Part shown: positions 51,550 to 64,000 of the stretch, piece after piece | How positions within the stretch are numbered: the stretch's first letter is position 1 | How the letters are laid out: every line of letters starts with the position of its first letter | Source of the DNA: Haliotis rufescens | Taxonomy: Eukaryota | Assembly (NCBI RefSeq): GCF_023055435.1 | Contig: NW_025964001.1 | Location: forward strand, 31,124,001-31,188,000 | Direction: 5' to 3' | Length of the DNA stretch: 64,000 nt | Translations under genes and position numbers: made by a program | Notes under the pieces: model-generated | What the model was told of the DNA's origin: nothing | Seen by the model: only the letters and a program-made list of their open reading frames with translations | The model's database searches: none

Positions 51550-52293
51550 TCCCACTGCTGGCACACAAAGCAGAGTATGTGTATCCACTTCTGATTGCAT
51601 TAGGGAGTTTAGACACCAGGTGCTTTAAAAGAGTATATACCTCCCATCCCACTGCTGGCACACAAAGCAGAGTATGTATATCCACTCCTGATTGCAATAG
51701 GCAGTGAAGACACCTGGTGCTTTAAAAGAGTATATAACTCTCATCAAACTGCTGGCACACAAAGCAGAGTATGTATATCCACTCCTGATTGCATTAGGGA
51801 GTTTAGACACCTGGTGCTTTAAAAGAGTATATATCTCTCATCCCACTGCTGGCACACAAAGCAGAGTTTGTATATCCACTCCTGATTGCAATAGGCAGTG
51901 AAGACACCAGGTGCTTTAAAAGCGTATATATCTCCCATCCAACTGCTGGTACACAAAGCAGAGTATGTATATTCACTCCTGATTGCATTAGGCAGTGAAG
52001 ACACCTGGTGCTTTAAAAGCGTATAGATCTCCCATCCAACTGCTGGTACACAAAGCAGAGTATGTATATTCACTCCTGATTGCAATAGGCAGTGAAGACA
52101 CCTGGTGCTTTAAAAGCGTATAGATCTCCCATCCAACTGCTGGTACACAAAGCAGAGTATGTATATTCACTCCTGATTGCATTAGGCAGTTAAAACACCT
52201 GGTGCTTTAAAAGAGTATATATCTCCCATCCCACTGCTGGCACACAAAGCAGAGATCGTATATTTAGTCCTGCTTGCATTAGGCAGTTAAGAC
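51549..52293. repeat. 97-bp satellite array, about 7.5 units, preceded by (CT)n
   Basis: Same unit as the array at 44750-46421. Confidence 0.95.
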
Positions 52294-53065
52294 ATCACGT
52301 ACAAGGAGTATCTCCGTTTTATTATTAGTATAAGGCAGTGATAGCATCTGGTGTCGGAAATTGAGACACCCTTTTCTCGAACGGCTTACACGTGCCAATA
52401 TTATTTGCTTACATATAAACCGTCTCTACCCTGTGATCAATTCACCAATTAACTCCCACGTGTTCATAATGACAGATATGATAGTCATTCACAATTTAAA
52501 ATTCAGTCATAAAACTTATTTTAACTCCAAAATACCTCATAATTGCGATTCAAATGATTTTATTCAAACAATGTGCTTGTATACATTATTCCAGGTACAA
52601 ATACCTCAACCGAGAAATTAAAACACTTCAGTGAACATGTGTCTCTAAAACATGTTTGATTCTGACGTCATGTTACTATGGATGCATGAAAACATTTCTT
52701 AATTATTCCTTGAAACAAGTTCATGGTTGGGTTAATTTCCCTGTCATGGATTTGGATCAACATTGCCATAGAAACCATAGTGACAGAGATCCAGAGAGCA
52801 AGAAGAAGAAATGGCCTGACAACATATTATATACAAGATATATTAGTATATCACATACAGCCAAGAGCATTACATTTGGTCTATATAGATGTTGAGTTCG
52901 TTGAGACGTATATTTACATTGGATATGATTTACAAGAAGTATCTATACATTTATTTACACCAATCAACCCAACATTTAAATAAGACCCGAACATCGTTGC
53001 TGATATATCTTTCAAAATAACTTTGTGGCAACATGTAATCAGAAAATAGGTTACCCAGTATGGAA

Positions 53066-53308
53066 CAGTAAAACCTCTTTAGTCCAGACACTGCTGATCC
53101 GGACGTTCCGCCTTACGGACGTTCACGAAGCCAAAAGAACCGTTCATACGGATAGTTTCTCTAGAAGCCAAAGTACCTTTCATACAGACAGTTTCTCCAG
53201 GAGCCAAAAGAACCGTTCATACGGACAGTTTCTCCAGAAGCCAAAGATCAGTTCATACGGACAGTTTCTATGGAAACCGGACCGTCCCGTTTAACAGAGT
53301 TTCAGTCT
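53066..53308. mobile_element. Tc1/pogo-like MITE with internal ~39-bp repeats
   Basis: CAGTAAAACCTCTTTAGTCC...GTTTAACAGAGTTTCAGT ends; internal AGCCAAAAGAACCGTTCATACGGACAGTTTCT repeats; left end also present, truncated, at 47196-47234. Confidence 0.5.
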
Positions 53309-54261
53309 ACAATGTCTTTTCATGTAAACTTCTTAAATTTCGTAAGGGAAATGATTAAATATTCAAGTTACATATACCGTGTGATCGTCGGGCGAGTTGA
53401 GGCCGAAGTCAGCAATATTACATTAACATCACGTCGGACTATACGCAGATCGAGCCTGGACCAGACCAATTGGTCGATAATACGAGCGTCCCTGGGTAAA
53501 AGATGACTAAAACTGTTGTGTAACAGGTGTCGGTTATCCTGTTGGTCACATATCCGGGGACTAGTCATACTCAGCGGCCATTGTAACCACTCAATCCCCA
53601 TTTCTGTCGCCTCTTACGGCAGGCATGGGGTACTTGGGTTTTCTTTCACTCCTGGATTGGTATCAGACTGTACGAAAAACTTCCACTTTTCGCAACTGAT
53701 GTTGTTCCCATCTACAGTGGATGCGTGAGAAAGTTGGTTTAACATCGCTTTCTCTTACATCATTCCGTTCCAGCTTAGTGATAGGGGAAAGAACGTGACG
53801 AGTGATGTTTATCACTTCAGTGCAAAGGAAGTATACGACAAAATAACAGGGATCATAACTAAGTCGAACTCAATTCCACGATTAGCGGATCCTGACATGA
53901 CCAAGGGACGCAACTATTCCCTTTTGTCAATAATAATAGAGGCCCATATGACTGTGGAACGGGGAAGATTATATATATTTGAAATAGATACCGTGAATGC
54001 AACGGCTATTCAAGATTTAAAATCATTACAATGATTATTAAGAAGATTAATTAATCTCTATTCCTTAAACGATCGAATATAGCTTTAGAAAGACAAAATA
54101 ACAACAGACACCTCGGGAAATGATTAGCGTTCTGAAGTTGTCAATGGTTTTCTGGTCAGTTACATTGGGAATACATCTTGACATGTGGATTGCTTTAGAC
54201 CTGTTACAGAAAGACATCGTGATTACTCTCCTCTACAAGGAACATTACGACTGATTGTCCG

Positions 54262-56754
54262 TTACACGCCGTCGACTTCAGTGATGGACACATCTACTCC
54301 GGTTCTGTTTCGAGGCTCGTTGACGGAGACAGAGCCTCCCATCTTCTTGCCGATCATAAACAGCACAGTAAGAACGATCTCCACCAACATCGTCATAACA
54401 GCCATCCAGAACGAGAAGCCAATCTCGCCAAGCCTTCCAACGCCATTCATCAGACGTCCGTCACGTCTGTAGGACGCCCCGAAAACGGCGACAGCAACCA
54501 TCCAGAAGAAGGCTACAATGAATCAATGAACACTCATTAGTTCACTTCTTGAATTCATTATGAGTATTTTTAGTATCAAAATTTAGCATTGTCCTTTCTG
54601 AAATAGCAAACACCAATAGACCTCCAATATTCTATGAGTGTTGTTGAGACTAGTGAGCAAGTTTTAAGTATTTAATGCGGCTTTGTATTTCAGTTAGTTC
54701 ACGGCGTGGCAGCTCGTGTGAGAAAAGAGATGAAAGGTTAACCCTTTGGTGACCCAGAATCATAATAAAAGAGAACCCATGGTCAGCGGATCCTGGGGCG
54801 TTAAAGGATGCTACTCTGGTGACCTGATTGCGGCCCCTTAAATCACTTGGACCCCTGTGACCCTTTCCTGGGAGCAACGTCCGGAAGAAATATACGTCTT
54901 GCAGACAACTTCCAGCATTTTCCACCATCGGATATTTTTCTCGATTTCTAATATGGAATGTTGTGAGACAAATGGTAGTGTCACCTCACAGTAGACCTAA
55001 CGGTCATGGTAGAAAGAAAAGACTTAGGCATAAAAGAACCCACCGCAACTTGGAAACAAGGAAACGTGTTATTGTTATTGGACATGTGCATCTGCAGTGA
55101 ATCTAATTATGATCAAGTCTGTGGCCCTGGATGATGTTTTCACCACATGCTTGCCAAAATATCCAAAGACAACAACGTGTTAAATCCCGTGTGTATAATA
55201 CAAAATGACATTTATATGATCACATCTGATCAATTTCATAACCTTTACCTCATTGCTGAATCGAAACATATAGCAGCGTGAACTTTGGGGATAGGACAGG
55301 CAACTGGAGAGAATATGGTTGCAATATTCCAGTAATATCACGGCGGGGGACACAAGCCATCGGCTTCACACGTTGTATCATTGTGGGGAATCGAACCCGG
55401 TTTTCGATGTGGCGTGGAGGCATATGGCGCTTGCTCAAAGTTTTTTGAGCAAGGTAACACCATTCAAGACATGGTGGATATCGGTGATATCAGACATCCG
55501 ATGTAATTTCCTATTTTGTCTTGTACCATATGTTCCTGTTTTTTTTGTAGGTGAACAATTGGCTTGCTTGTATGTATTTGTGATGGGTGCCACCGGTGAG
55601 GCAGGATACACTCACCTTTTCACGAACACCCGGTATCATCAGTATTGGATAGTGATTCAAAAACACATGCTCATGAGGTAGTCAGAATCGTTTAACTGTG
55701 CTTGCTGTTAGCAGATTTCTTATGACAATGAAAAGAGTTGTGTCCCTTTTATTTTGTATATTATGTTGACCATTCAACTATGGCCAGTATTACTGACCAC
55801 TGAGTAGAGCCACTGCGCCGTTGGACAGATGGAACTGACTCCTCCAGTCCTTCGCCGCCGACATCCGGAGGATGGCGGCCACAAAGGTGAAGTTGACGCC
55901 AATGAACCCCAGACACGCCATTGCTTGAATGGCCACATGGAAACCTAAAATGAAGAAGTGGAAGTGATTATTCCTGTCCTGAAATACCATTTATGTTACA
56001 TACTCAAACTTTCAAGATTTACATCCAACAGCATCCAAACATTGGAGTATATTGGTTAAAGCGTTATTTCGTCAGTGTCCAAGTGGTATGTGAGGAATGG
56101 TGCTAAAAACTGCGTCAAACCACCCACTCACTCTCCCACAGAGAGCACTGGTGCCCGTTTCACAAGAGCCATCATTGCCGCAGTTAGTGTATGTTAACGT
56201 ATGGGAAGTTGTATGCAAGGAGAACCGGCTACTTCAGTCAGTATTAAACTTTACATCACCAATGCATTCCCCCAGTTCATTGTGTATATTGTATTGGTCT
56301 CCCTGGAAATGGTATCATTTTGTACTACATCCAATATCCAGTTCATTATATCTCCATTCGTTCAAGATAAACACTTGATCATAGAGAGTGCATTTTGTAC
56401 AAATTGTCTTCTTCTAATGCTTCTAGAATATTGTTATTTAATGTGTTTGTTAATCTCACGTCAAGCATTATTTCTTCGAATTGTTCGTTCGCTTAAACTA
56501 TACAATAACTATACACTTAAATATGAGTACCAAGGCTTAATAGCTTTTTCATGCCTACCTAAAGTGGTCCCGACGTAGGAGTAGCACTGGGTCACGAGGT
56601 CGGACGGACATGACACCCACAACCCAACACTTCTGTACGAGTCGCCGAAGACGCTGTCGTACATTTTGCCCCACACAGACGTGCAGAACGCCGTCCAGTT
56701 GAACACTTGGGCTACCAATGCTGCAAACACAGTTATTATTCTCAAGACTGACAT
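54262..56754 (-). CDS. Claudin/PMP22/EMP-family four-TM protein, 197 aa (exons 56754-56559, 55944-55798, 54512-54262)
   Basis: W..GLW..C...C signature (VW...GLWVSC....QC), four hydrophobic segments, GFSF before TM4; GT-AG phase-1 introns give an open frame. Confidence 0.88.
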
Positions 56755-57299
56755 GACCGGAGAACCAAATATATTCCTTTCGATGGCGAACTTCCAAGTA
56801 GCGGACCGATGGCGGCTCCAGTTGACGACTGTTATGAAAAGTCATATGATGATATGACAAGGATAAGAAGGGAAAAAAGAAGTCAGTGACTCAAGCTTAT
56901 TGTTGTATACATCCATTGCCACAACAAACCAGGGTAAATATGTAGGATGTTTGATCTTGTTAGCCAGTTACAGCGTGTTGTTTTGATGCTGTTGTCAAGT
57001 TTCTAAGGGTGATAGCGTGTAGGTGTTTGGATGATGAAAGAGTGTGACCAATGTGGTATATATTGTTGTTGTTAATTTGATTAAACCGAGGTGACATAAA
57101 CATGTTCACTTTATTACGTAGACAGAAGTATCAAGGATGAACGGCTAATTCAAACATACGAACACATCTTTATCAGTTCTGACATTTATGTGCTTCCAGT
57201 ATGCAATTCCATGTTCATATGACCTATTAAGTCAGTCATGCTGTTCAATGAGGGGGCAGCCTGGATAAACTTTTGATTTGAATATTAGGAGAGTCAGAG

Positions 57300-57750
57300 C
57301 GTTAGACAGACAGTTTATTTCAGTAATTTAGGCATCAAGTCCCATAGTACAATGCAGATTGGATATTAACATTTGTCACGTGATGTACATGATCAGATTT
57401 TAAATCAAGTTACACATTCCTCATTATAAAGACATGTTTTAAGAATACAGAAACAGCATGGATCATATAAGGATTTTCAGAGTTTAGCAGATTTATCATT
57501 AACTGACGGTCTTTAAAAATACCTTGCAACATGGGGAGAAATTTATACCTTAAATGGGAATACGTTTCACATATAAGTAAGACATGGTATTCATCTTCTA
57601 CTTCTCCGGATGAACAGTGTGTACAAATAGAGCTCACCTGCGACATATATTAACATTAAAATTATGAAATGAAATTCTAAGTTTACAATAAGCAATGATT
57701 AAACTTTTATCATTCAAACAAGTTAAATATCTTTCAGTTTGTAACAATAG
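57300..57750 (-). mobile_element. LINE 3' fragment
   Basis: CTHCSSGEVEDEYHVLLIC zinc knuckle; AATAAA plus (TCTG)n tail. Confidence 0.8.
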
Positions 57751-58454
57751 AGTGCTCGGGGACGTCGTACAGGGCCCCGTTCCACAAAGATTAGCTAAGA
57801 TTATCCTTAACCAATTAAGGTTACCTTCGCCTTAAGTTATTCTGGTTTCACGAAGTAACCTTATCTCCATCTTAACTAGTCCGTCAACCTAGGGTTGCGG
57901 TCGTAAGGCTGTATGACATCGTCTACTGAAACCATCTACTGTTAAAAACATGACAGTTTAGGGTTTCACTACCTGTTACTAGCACAATTTTAGTGCCTAT
58001 TTGTTAGACCGATTAAATTGTCAAATGAAATTTCTAAACATAGACGGCTACGAAACTATTGCTAACTTCCAGCACATTGTAACTTATCTTTTCCAATGGC
58101 ATGCCTACGTGTTGTACTTGTGATGGGTACATGTGATGAAGACCTGTACTTATTTAGTCCTAGGTAAATTCATGCAGCTCAACACATTCTGGATAAACAA
58201 GAGCAGTTGCCCTTCAGCTATCCAAATATGAATCCAATCGCGGAAAGAATATCAAGGGGGCCATTTTTCTTTTTATGTTATACATCAGGGAGTGATAATT
58301 CTCAAACACGAGTAGCAAAAGCGGTCGTTACTACAATGTACTATGAGCCTAAAAAAATATTATTAAAAAATTATCTACAATGTACTACATATCACTTACT
58401 TATACTTGCTTACACCCTTATTTCATACTTTAATTATTAATTCCTATAAGATAT

Positions 58455-59974
58455 TACTAAACTGGGCGGCAAAAGAAAGTATAGGTCGAGTTCCATGATC
58501 GATAAAAAAATAACAAGAAGAGGTTTTATAATATAATCTAGAGACGGGTAACAAATGATTAATCAACCATAGTTTGAATGAAATTGTGCAATCACAGGTA
58601 ATGTAAGCTCAAGGTCAACAATGGTGGGGTAAGAAATTTCATTTTCAAAAGTTGTCTGAAATGTCACCAAAAAAATGTCAACCACACTACAAGTTCATTG
58701 TCGACACAGTTGCCTTCAATAGCGTGTATGACCTCCATCTGCCTCAATGCATGCTGTGATACGCCGCCTCATCAATGACGTCAGTCTTCTGATGACGTGG
58801 ACTGGAATCCGTTGCCACTCGTCTCTCAGGGCCTGCTGCAATTTTTGTCTGTTGACGGGAGGCTGATGGCGTGCTCTAATCTGTCTGTCAAGATGGTCCC
58901 ACAGATGTTCAATAGGATTCATATCGGGTGAGTGGGCAGGCCAGGGCAAAACGTCAACGTTCTGCTGGTTAAGAAAGTTCCGAGTCAGTCTTGCAGTATG
59001 GGTCCTGGCATTGTCGTGTTGAAACAATGTCCCCTGCTGTTGGTTTTGTAAGAACGGAAGCACAACTGGCTGCAACACTTGGTCTCTGTACTGCACAGCG
59101 TTCAGGTTTTCCTGTATAATCACCAAATCAGTCTTCCGATCTCCACAAATACCGCCCCACACCATGACACCTCCCCCGCCGAATGGATGGACCTCTCGAA
59201 TACACATCGGAGCCAAACGTTCCCCTCTGTGTCGATAAACTCGTTCTCTGCCGTCATTTCGAAACAAGTTAAACCGACTTTCATCAGTAAACAGCACTCG
59301 ACGCCAATTTCTCACTTGCCAGCGTCGAACCTGCCTCGCCCATCGCAGTCTCAGGCGTCGATGTTGAGCAGTCAGTACCATTCCTCGGAAAGGACTATAC
59401 GCTCGGATTCCAGCAGCACGAAGTCGTCGTAGTACTGTACGTTGGCTAATGGGATGTCCCAAAGCTGTTGCTGCTGTCGCCGTCGCCGTTACGAATCTGT
59501 TTTGCAGGTGAATGAGCCGTATCTGACCGTCTTCCAGTGGTGTTGTCACTCGGGGTCGTCCGGTTCTAGGCCTGTCCTGTGTCCTCCCTGTCTGCCTGTA
59601 CCGTTGAATCAGCCTGGCTACTGTCAATGGTGTACAACCAAACCTTCTGGCAATTTGGACCTGTGTTGCCCCCATTTCGGCCATACCGATGGCGCTCACT
59701 CTCTGCTCCTGTGACAGTCGTGGCATTTCTTTTGTGTTCTTTCATCACGTGTGGTTATACCCTGCAGACGAACGCATTTATAAAGCTGACATGCACGTGC
59801 AGTTTATGCCATAGGCGGGAAACCTGTTTCACCATTTGGGTGAGGTGTGAGGTGTTTTTTGGTACCTGTTCCTGGGCAGTCATATTCCCAATACCCACTT
59901 TCCACTAGTTATAGCTGTTTTTAGGATTAAAATTACAAATTGCCAACCGATTCTTTTGCCGCTTAGTTTTAGTA
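58455..59974 (-). mobile_element. Tc1 DNA transposon, apparently full length
   Basis: TIRs TACTAAA(A)CT..GCGGCAAAAGAA at 58455-58477 and 59951-59974. Confidence 0.9.
58716..59726 (-). CDS. Tc1 DD34E transposase, 336 aa, intact
   Basis: HTH N-terminus, GRPR, VLFTDES, QHDNA, SPDMNPIEHLW. Confidence 0.95.
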   Translation of the reverse strand: MPRLSQEQRVSAIGMAEMGATQVQIARRFGCTPLTVARLIQRYRQTGRTQDRPRTGRPRVTTPLEDGQIRLIHLQNRFVTATATAATALGHPISQRTVLRRLRAAGIRAYSPFRGMVLTAQHRRLRLRWARQVRRWQVRNWRRVLFTDESRFNLFRNDGRERVYRHRGERLAPMCIREVHPFGGGGVMVWGGICGDRKTDLVIIQENLNAVQYRDQVLQPVVLPFLQNQQQGTLFQHDNARTHTARLTRNFLNQQNVDVLPWPAHSPDMNPIEHLWDHLDRQIRARHQPPVNRQKLQQALRDEWQRIPVHVIRRLTSLMRRRITACIEADGGHTRY

Positions 59975-60387
59975 CATTCACTGACATTAACAGGTACAGC
60001 CTTTGTTAATGAATTGATTGACACCGTTTTCATTGGGAATATTGTTACTTAATTGATACCAAAGATATTACTTGTACATTCCCTGGCATTAACAGGTACA
60101 GCCTTTGTTAATGAATTAATTGACACCGTTTTCATCAGGAATATTGTTACTTAATTGATACCAACACGTTTCGCTGCCCCGTCCTTTGGTGACATTGAAG
60201 ACTCAACAACTCACATACTCATGTGTTAGGTATATAATTCCTGGTATAATGCGAAATGACTAATTACATTTAACAAAATTAATGATTTTAAATATCATAT
60301 TTGATTTAACCTATGTTCAGTACTTGCACTTTATATGTAGGACGTGGCATCTCTGGGGTCATGAAAATTTCGACATTGGTCACTCGG

Positions 60388-60833
60388 TAAAAGTCCAGTT
60401 TCTACCCTTGCCGAACGAGGCTGGAGTTCCGGAGTTACAGTTTGGCTGGACTAACGAGTCTATGCATAGTGCAATAAAAAACGCGTGACGAACTATACAT
60501 CCGGTTCGTAAACAACATGGATTCCAACGTGCAGATTTAGGTCGACTGCAGCATTTGCAAAGCATTTGTACCGTCAACTGGGCGGGGACAGATACTTTCC
60601 AAACCAATAATTCGACCCGTGTTTTTACAATATATAGCTTGATCATCGATCAGATCGTCTTTACTGAGCACCGCCATTATGTCTGAAGCAAATGCAAGTG
60701 ATAGGAGACGTGGAATCTGATTGGCCCATAGGAGGGACATAGAATGAACTTAACTCGTAATGGTCACTGGTGGCGCTAAGATCAAGACACGATATTCCAG
60801 CCAAGTTCGGCAAGGGTGGAAACTGGACTTTTA
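60388..60833. mobile_element. MITE with ~40-bp TIRs
   Basis: TAAAAGTCCAGTTTCTACCCTTGCCGAAC..GGCTGGA is inverted at 60794-60833. Confidence 0.75.
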
Positions 60834-60921
60834 TAGTCAGTTAACTCCCTTGCCTCGGAGAGATGTCTAAAAACAGGATACTGTAAAGACTACATATGGT
60901 TCTTGAACACTCCGTTGATGT

Positions 60922-61085
60922 GGGGCGGTCAGGTAGCCTAGTGGTTAAAGCGTTTACTCGTCACGCTGAAGACTCAGGTTCGATTCCCGACATGGGTACA
61001 ATGTTTGAAACCCATTTCAGGTGTCCCCTGTCGTGATATTGCTGGAATATTGCTAAAAGCGGCGTAAAACCATACTCACTCACTC
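60922..61085 (+). mobile_element. SINE family 1
   Basis: Similar to 204-371. Confidence 0.88.
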
Positions 61086-61922
61086 TATTGATTTGGGATG
61101 TTTGTTCTTTTCTTTCTCTGTCCACCAATATACGCCACATTATGCTGGTGGAAACAAAACCTTCATCCCATCAATGAGGTCATGTTGCGGTGGAGTTGGT
61201 TTCGTGCACGTCGTGTTTGACTTCAGGGGCAACTGGGGATCAGCAGGCGAAAACCGCTGAGGTTATGGTTTGTACATGAGTGGACATCGTCCTATGAGCG
61301 TCAGAGAGGTCAAAAGCGGTTACTATTGGTGATGGCTGACCCATCAACGGCAGCCGACTCTCGCTTGTGACATGACAACGGCCGCACGTGGGGTTTGTGG
61401 AGTGTTGTTGGCCGGAATCTTTCTCTAAAGTACCTCAAGGGATAAAAGCATCAAATGCTTAAAAAAGCGATGTTGCAAACCGAAAACTTACCATTGTTAA
61501 AACGATCTTGTCTTTAATCGTAGCGCGTATTGTGATCCGTGCGGAGTGAGACAGTGGGTTGGGTTCAACGCTGTTTGACCAGGAACTGGAGCCTTGTGCT
61601 CCGAACTGATGTAGTTATAAGACTTGCACTACTTTGGGAAATATACGATCTCAGAACGTATGAATTTGAAGATCCATTAGAAGTCGTTTGCCATCATGTA
61701 GGAGTTTTCTTTTATTTTGTTGTACATGGATTCATGGTGTACGATGAAGAAACGCGTTTCTGAATGTGAAAGGTTTGTCCAGGGTTGTAATGTTAGTTCC
61801 GTTGTGTTGAATGTTTATGTAATTTCAGCCATTTGTAGGGTTTGGCAATGTCCTTACTTTCACATATATATTTAGTATGAATAAAGGCCATTACCCCCAG
61901 TTTGTTCTATCTAACCACATTT

Positions 61923-62198
61923 GGGGAACGGGTGGCCCAGTCGTCTAAGGCGCCGCAATTCGCTGTGCAGAGTTGCGTCCCTTGGGCAAACCAGAAAGCT
62001 ATGATTGTGGGTTCGAATTTCGGTTCGCACCGATTATGTTTCTAGGTTTGTCAGGACCATACAGATGCTCGAGGGTTTCGCCGAAGTGGTAAACGTCTAA
62101 AACCTGCATCACTTCGGGCTTTCCTCCCACTTTAAGCTGACACACCGTGGAATAACTGGAATACTTTTAAAAGCGGTGTTAAACCCAACTCACTCACT
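61923..62198 (+). mobile_element. SINE family 3
   Basis: Similar to 6891-7171; TSD CTAACCACATTT. Confidence 0.88.
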
Positions 62199-63314
62199 CT
62201 AACCACATTTGTCAAGCTAATTCTGCTTTCTTCCACTTGATACAGCAGAAATAATGAATAGTGACATCAACTTTCTTGAAGGTTACCAAATTAGATTGTC
62301 GTCAAAGATCAGGATCTAAAAGATGGTCCTGACATCATGGACCCTGGCGAAAACAGCTTTTTTTCTAATCTGTTTAAACTGACACAGACAAAGCTCAAAT
62401 CGTATCCTATATCCTGTTATGTCGACATACGCCCGTGAAGATTCCTATGCAGGTCGTCAGAGGAGACTAAATTCATTGGGTGGTCAGGCATGGTGACTTG
62501 ATTGATTACGTGTCATCGTACCCAAACAACATGGATCGTTGCTTATAATATCAATAACTGGTTTGTCTGGTCCAGAAACGCTTATTTATACATCGCCGCC
62601 ATACAGCAGGAATTTTGCCGAGGGAGGCGTAAACATCAAACAAAAGTGAGTTGGGTTCGACAGGTTTTAAACAGTATTTCAGTTGATTCAGGTTTAAGCT
62701 ACTTTGGTGAAAGTGAGTCGAGATGATATGGTATTAAAGGCCGTGTTCAAGATTATTGCACGTGTGTGTGACGGCTTGTACTTGTCCAGGCCTTTGCCCG
62801 TTGATAGTGCTAGTTAACTGACATACCCCGCCCAGACTTATTACATAGACTCCGGGCGGACCAGTCCTTGTTTTATCCCATTATCCCTTGGGGAAACTCG
62901 TGGCCAGAGGGATAGTGCTGACAGGCAATTATGGTCCAAATCAGGATTCGAATCCATAATCCACGATGTATAGAAGAATAGAGTAAAACTATACAGAATG
63001 TAGCATAACACCTGAAAGTGACTTTCATGCCAATGCAAATAAAAAAAACTGGACCCTCTGATGGCAACATGGGTTAGTGTAACCAATTACCTGACTTACG
63101 TCAAGACAGCTTTATACAACCAGTGGCCTGACTTACACCCATATCTTAATGTAATGAATCTTATTAACATAACGCCAAATGTCTTTTCTATAAGTGAAGA
63201 AAGCATGGGTTTGCACACTAACAAAAAAGAGACAGTGTGGGTCAGTGTGGATAAAATCGTATGCGACCGCATGAACGATAGATGACGTCATGGTGCCAAT
63301 GTACAGACATGAGT

Positions 63315-63482
63315 GAGTGAGTGAGTGAGTATGGTTTAACGCCGCTTTTAGCAATATTCCAGCAATATCACGGCGGGGGACACCAGAAATGGGCTTCACA
63401 CATTGTACCCATGTCGGGAATCGAACCCGGGTCTTCGGCGTGACGAGCGAACGCTTTAACCACTAGGCTACCCGACCGCCCC
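63315..63482 (-). mobile_element. SINE family 1
   Basis: Near-identical to 204-371; TSD TGTACAGACATGAGT. Confidence 0.92.
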
Positions 63483-64000
63483 TGTACAGACATGAGTTGC
63501 TATGGGTTGATTCATAAACAAGCACACCAGTGAAATGGAAGCATGAACTAACCATTCAGCCTGAAACGAGCATTTTATTTGTCAGTGTGACTTCTTGGAT
63601 TCCCATGCCCCGATGGTAACACATCACTCACTCTTGCACAACTCTGCAAAGGTGGACATATTGGTCCATAAATTGAAGATTGAAATAAGGCACAAAAGAC
63701 TGGTTCAAAAGGTTTATTGTTTTTAGCGAACAAGTTATATTGTAATGATTCCCTGTGTGTTGTACCAGAATCTATCACAGACAGCAATCTCTCTCATCAA
63801 CAGCAGGCTGTACTAGTGCTAATGTGACAAACAATTGGAAGCAGCTGACTTTCTTACCACATCTGATAAAACTCAACATATCCATTCCAATTTAAACAAG
63901 ACAACGTCTTCTAATGAATATGAACAAACAGTACAGTTCAGTATTTCCTTAGCAGCCCCCATCTGTATAGTAAATTTAATTATCTTAATTCTACCCAATG

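Larger units (their letters stand above)
38547..53104. repeat. Tandem segmental duplication: copy A 38547-47230, copy B 47231-53104
   Basis: Colinear near-identity across the gene, SINE, satellite and flanking DNA; GGAC at 38547, 47231 and 53101. Confidence 0.92.

Noticed and set aside
44750-52293. 97-bp arrays as CRISPR arrays, coding repeats or hammerhead retrozymes
   Set aside because: The whole unit repeats with no unique spacers; the context is eukaryotic with no cas genes; the period is not a multiple of 3 and the ORFs are short; no CUGANGA/GAAA core was seen.

Overview
Repeat-rich animal genomic DNA with spliceosomal introns; the SINE and Penelope-like repertoire suggests a mollusc, possibly abalone (inference only). 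There is an N gap at 591-718. Host genes: a cluster of four 3-exon NNMT/INMT/PNMT-family SAM-dependent methyltransferases. Copy 1 (+, 7201-10717) has a premature TAG, copy 2 (+, 27275-32176) uses a GC-AG intron, and copies 3 and 4 (-, 39507-41688 and 47643-50051) come from a recent tandem duplication with a GGAC microhomology junction. There is also a 3-exon claudin/PMP22-family gene (-, 54262-56754). The most striking region is a four-level transposon nest at 14543-26466. A Tc1 element hosts a LINE, which hosts (i) a 5.8-kb Maverick/Polinton derivative with AGTAGT-type termini, a 6-bp TSD, an intact packaging ATPase and candidate virion-core ORFs, but no recognisable polymerase, integrase, capsid or protease, and (ii) a solo LTR that hosts a second LINE flanked by a 297-bp duplication. 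Also present: an apparently intact Tc1, a deleted piggyBac with asymmetric target sites, a Tx1/L1 element, Penelope-like and Crypton relics, four short-retroelement families, and 108-, 78- and 97-bp tandem arrays. All calls were made by eye, without database searches.
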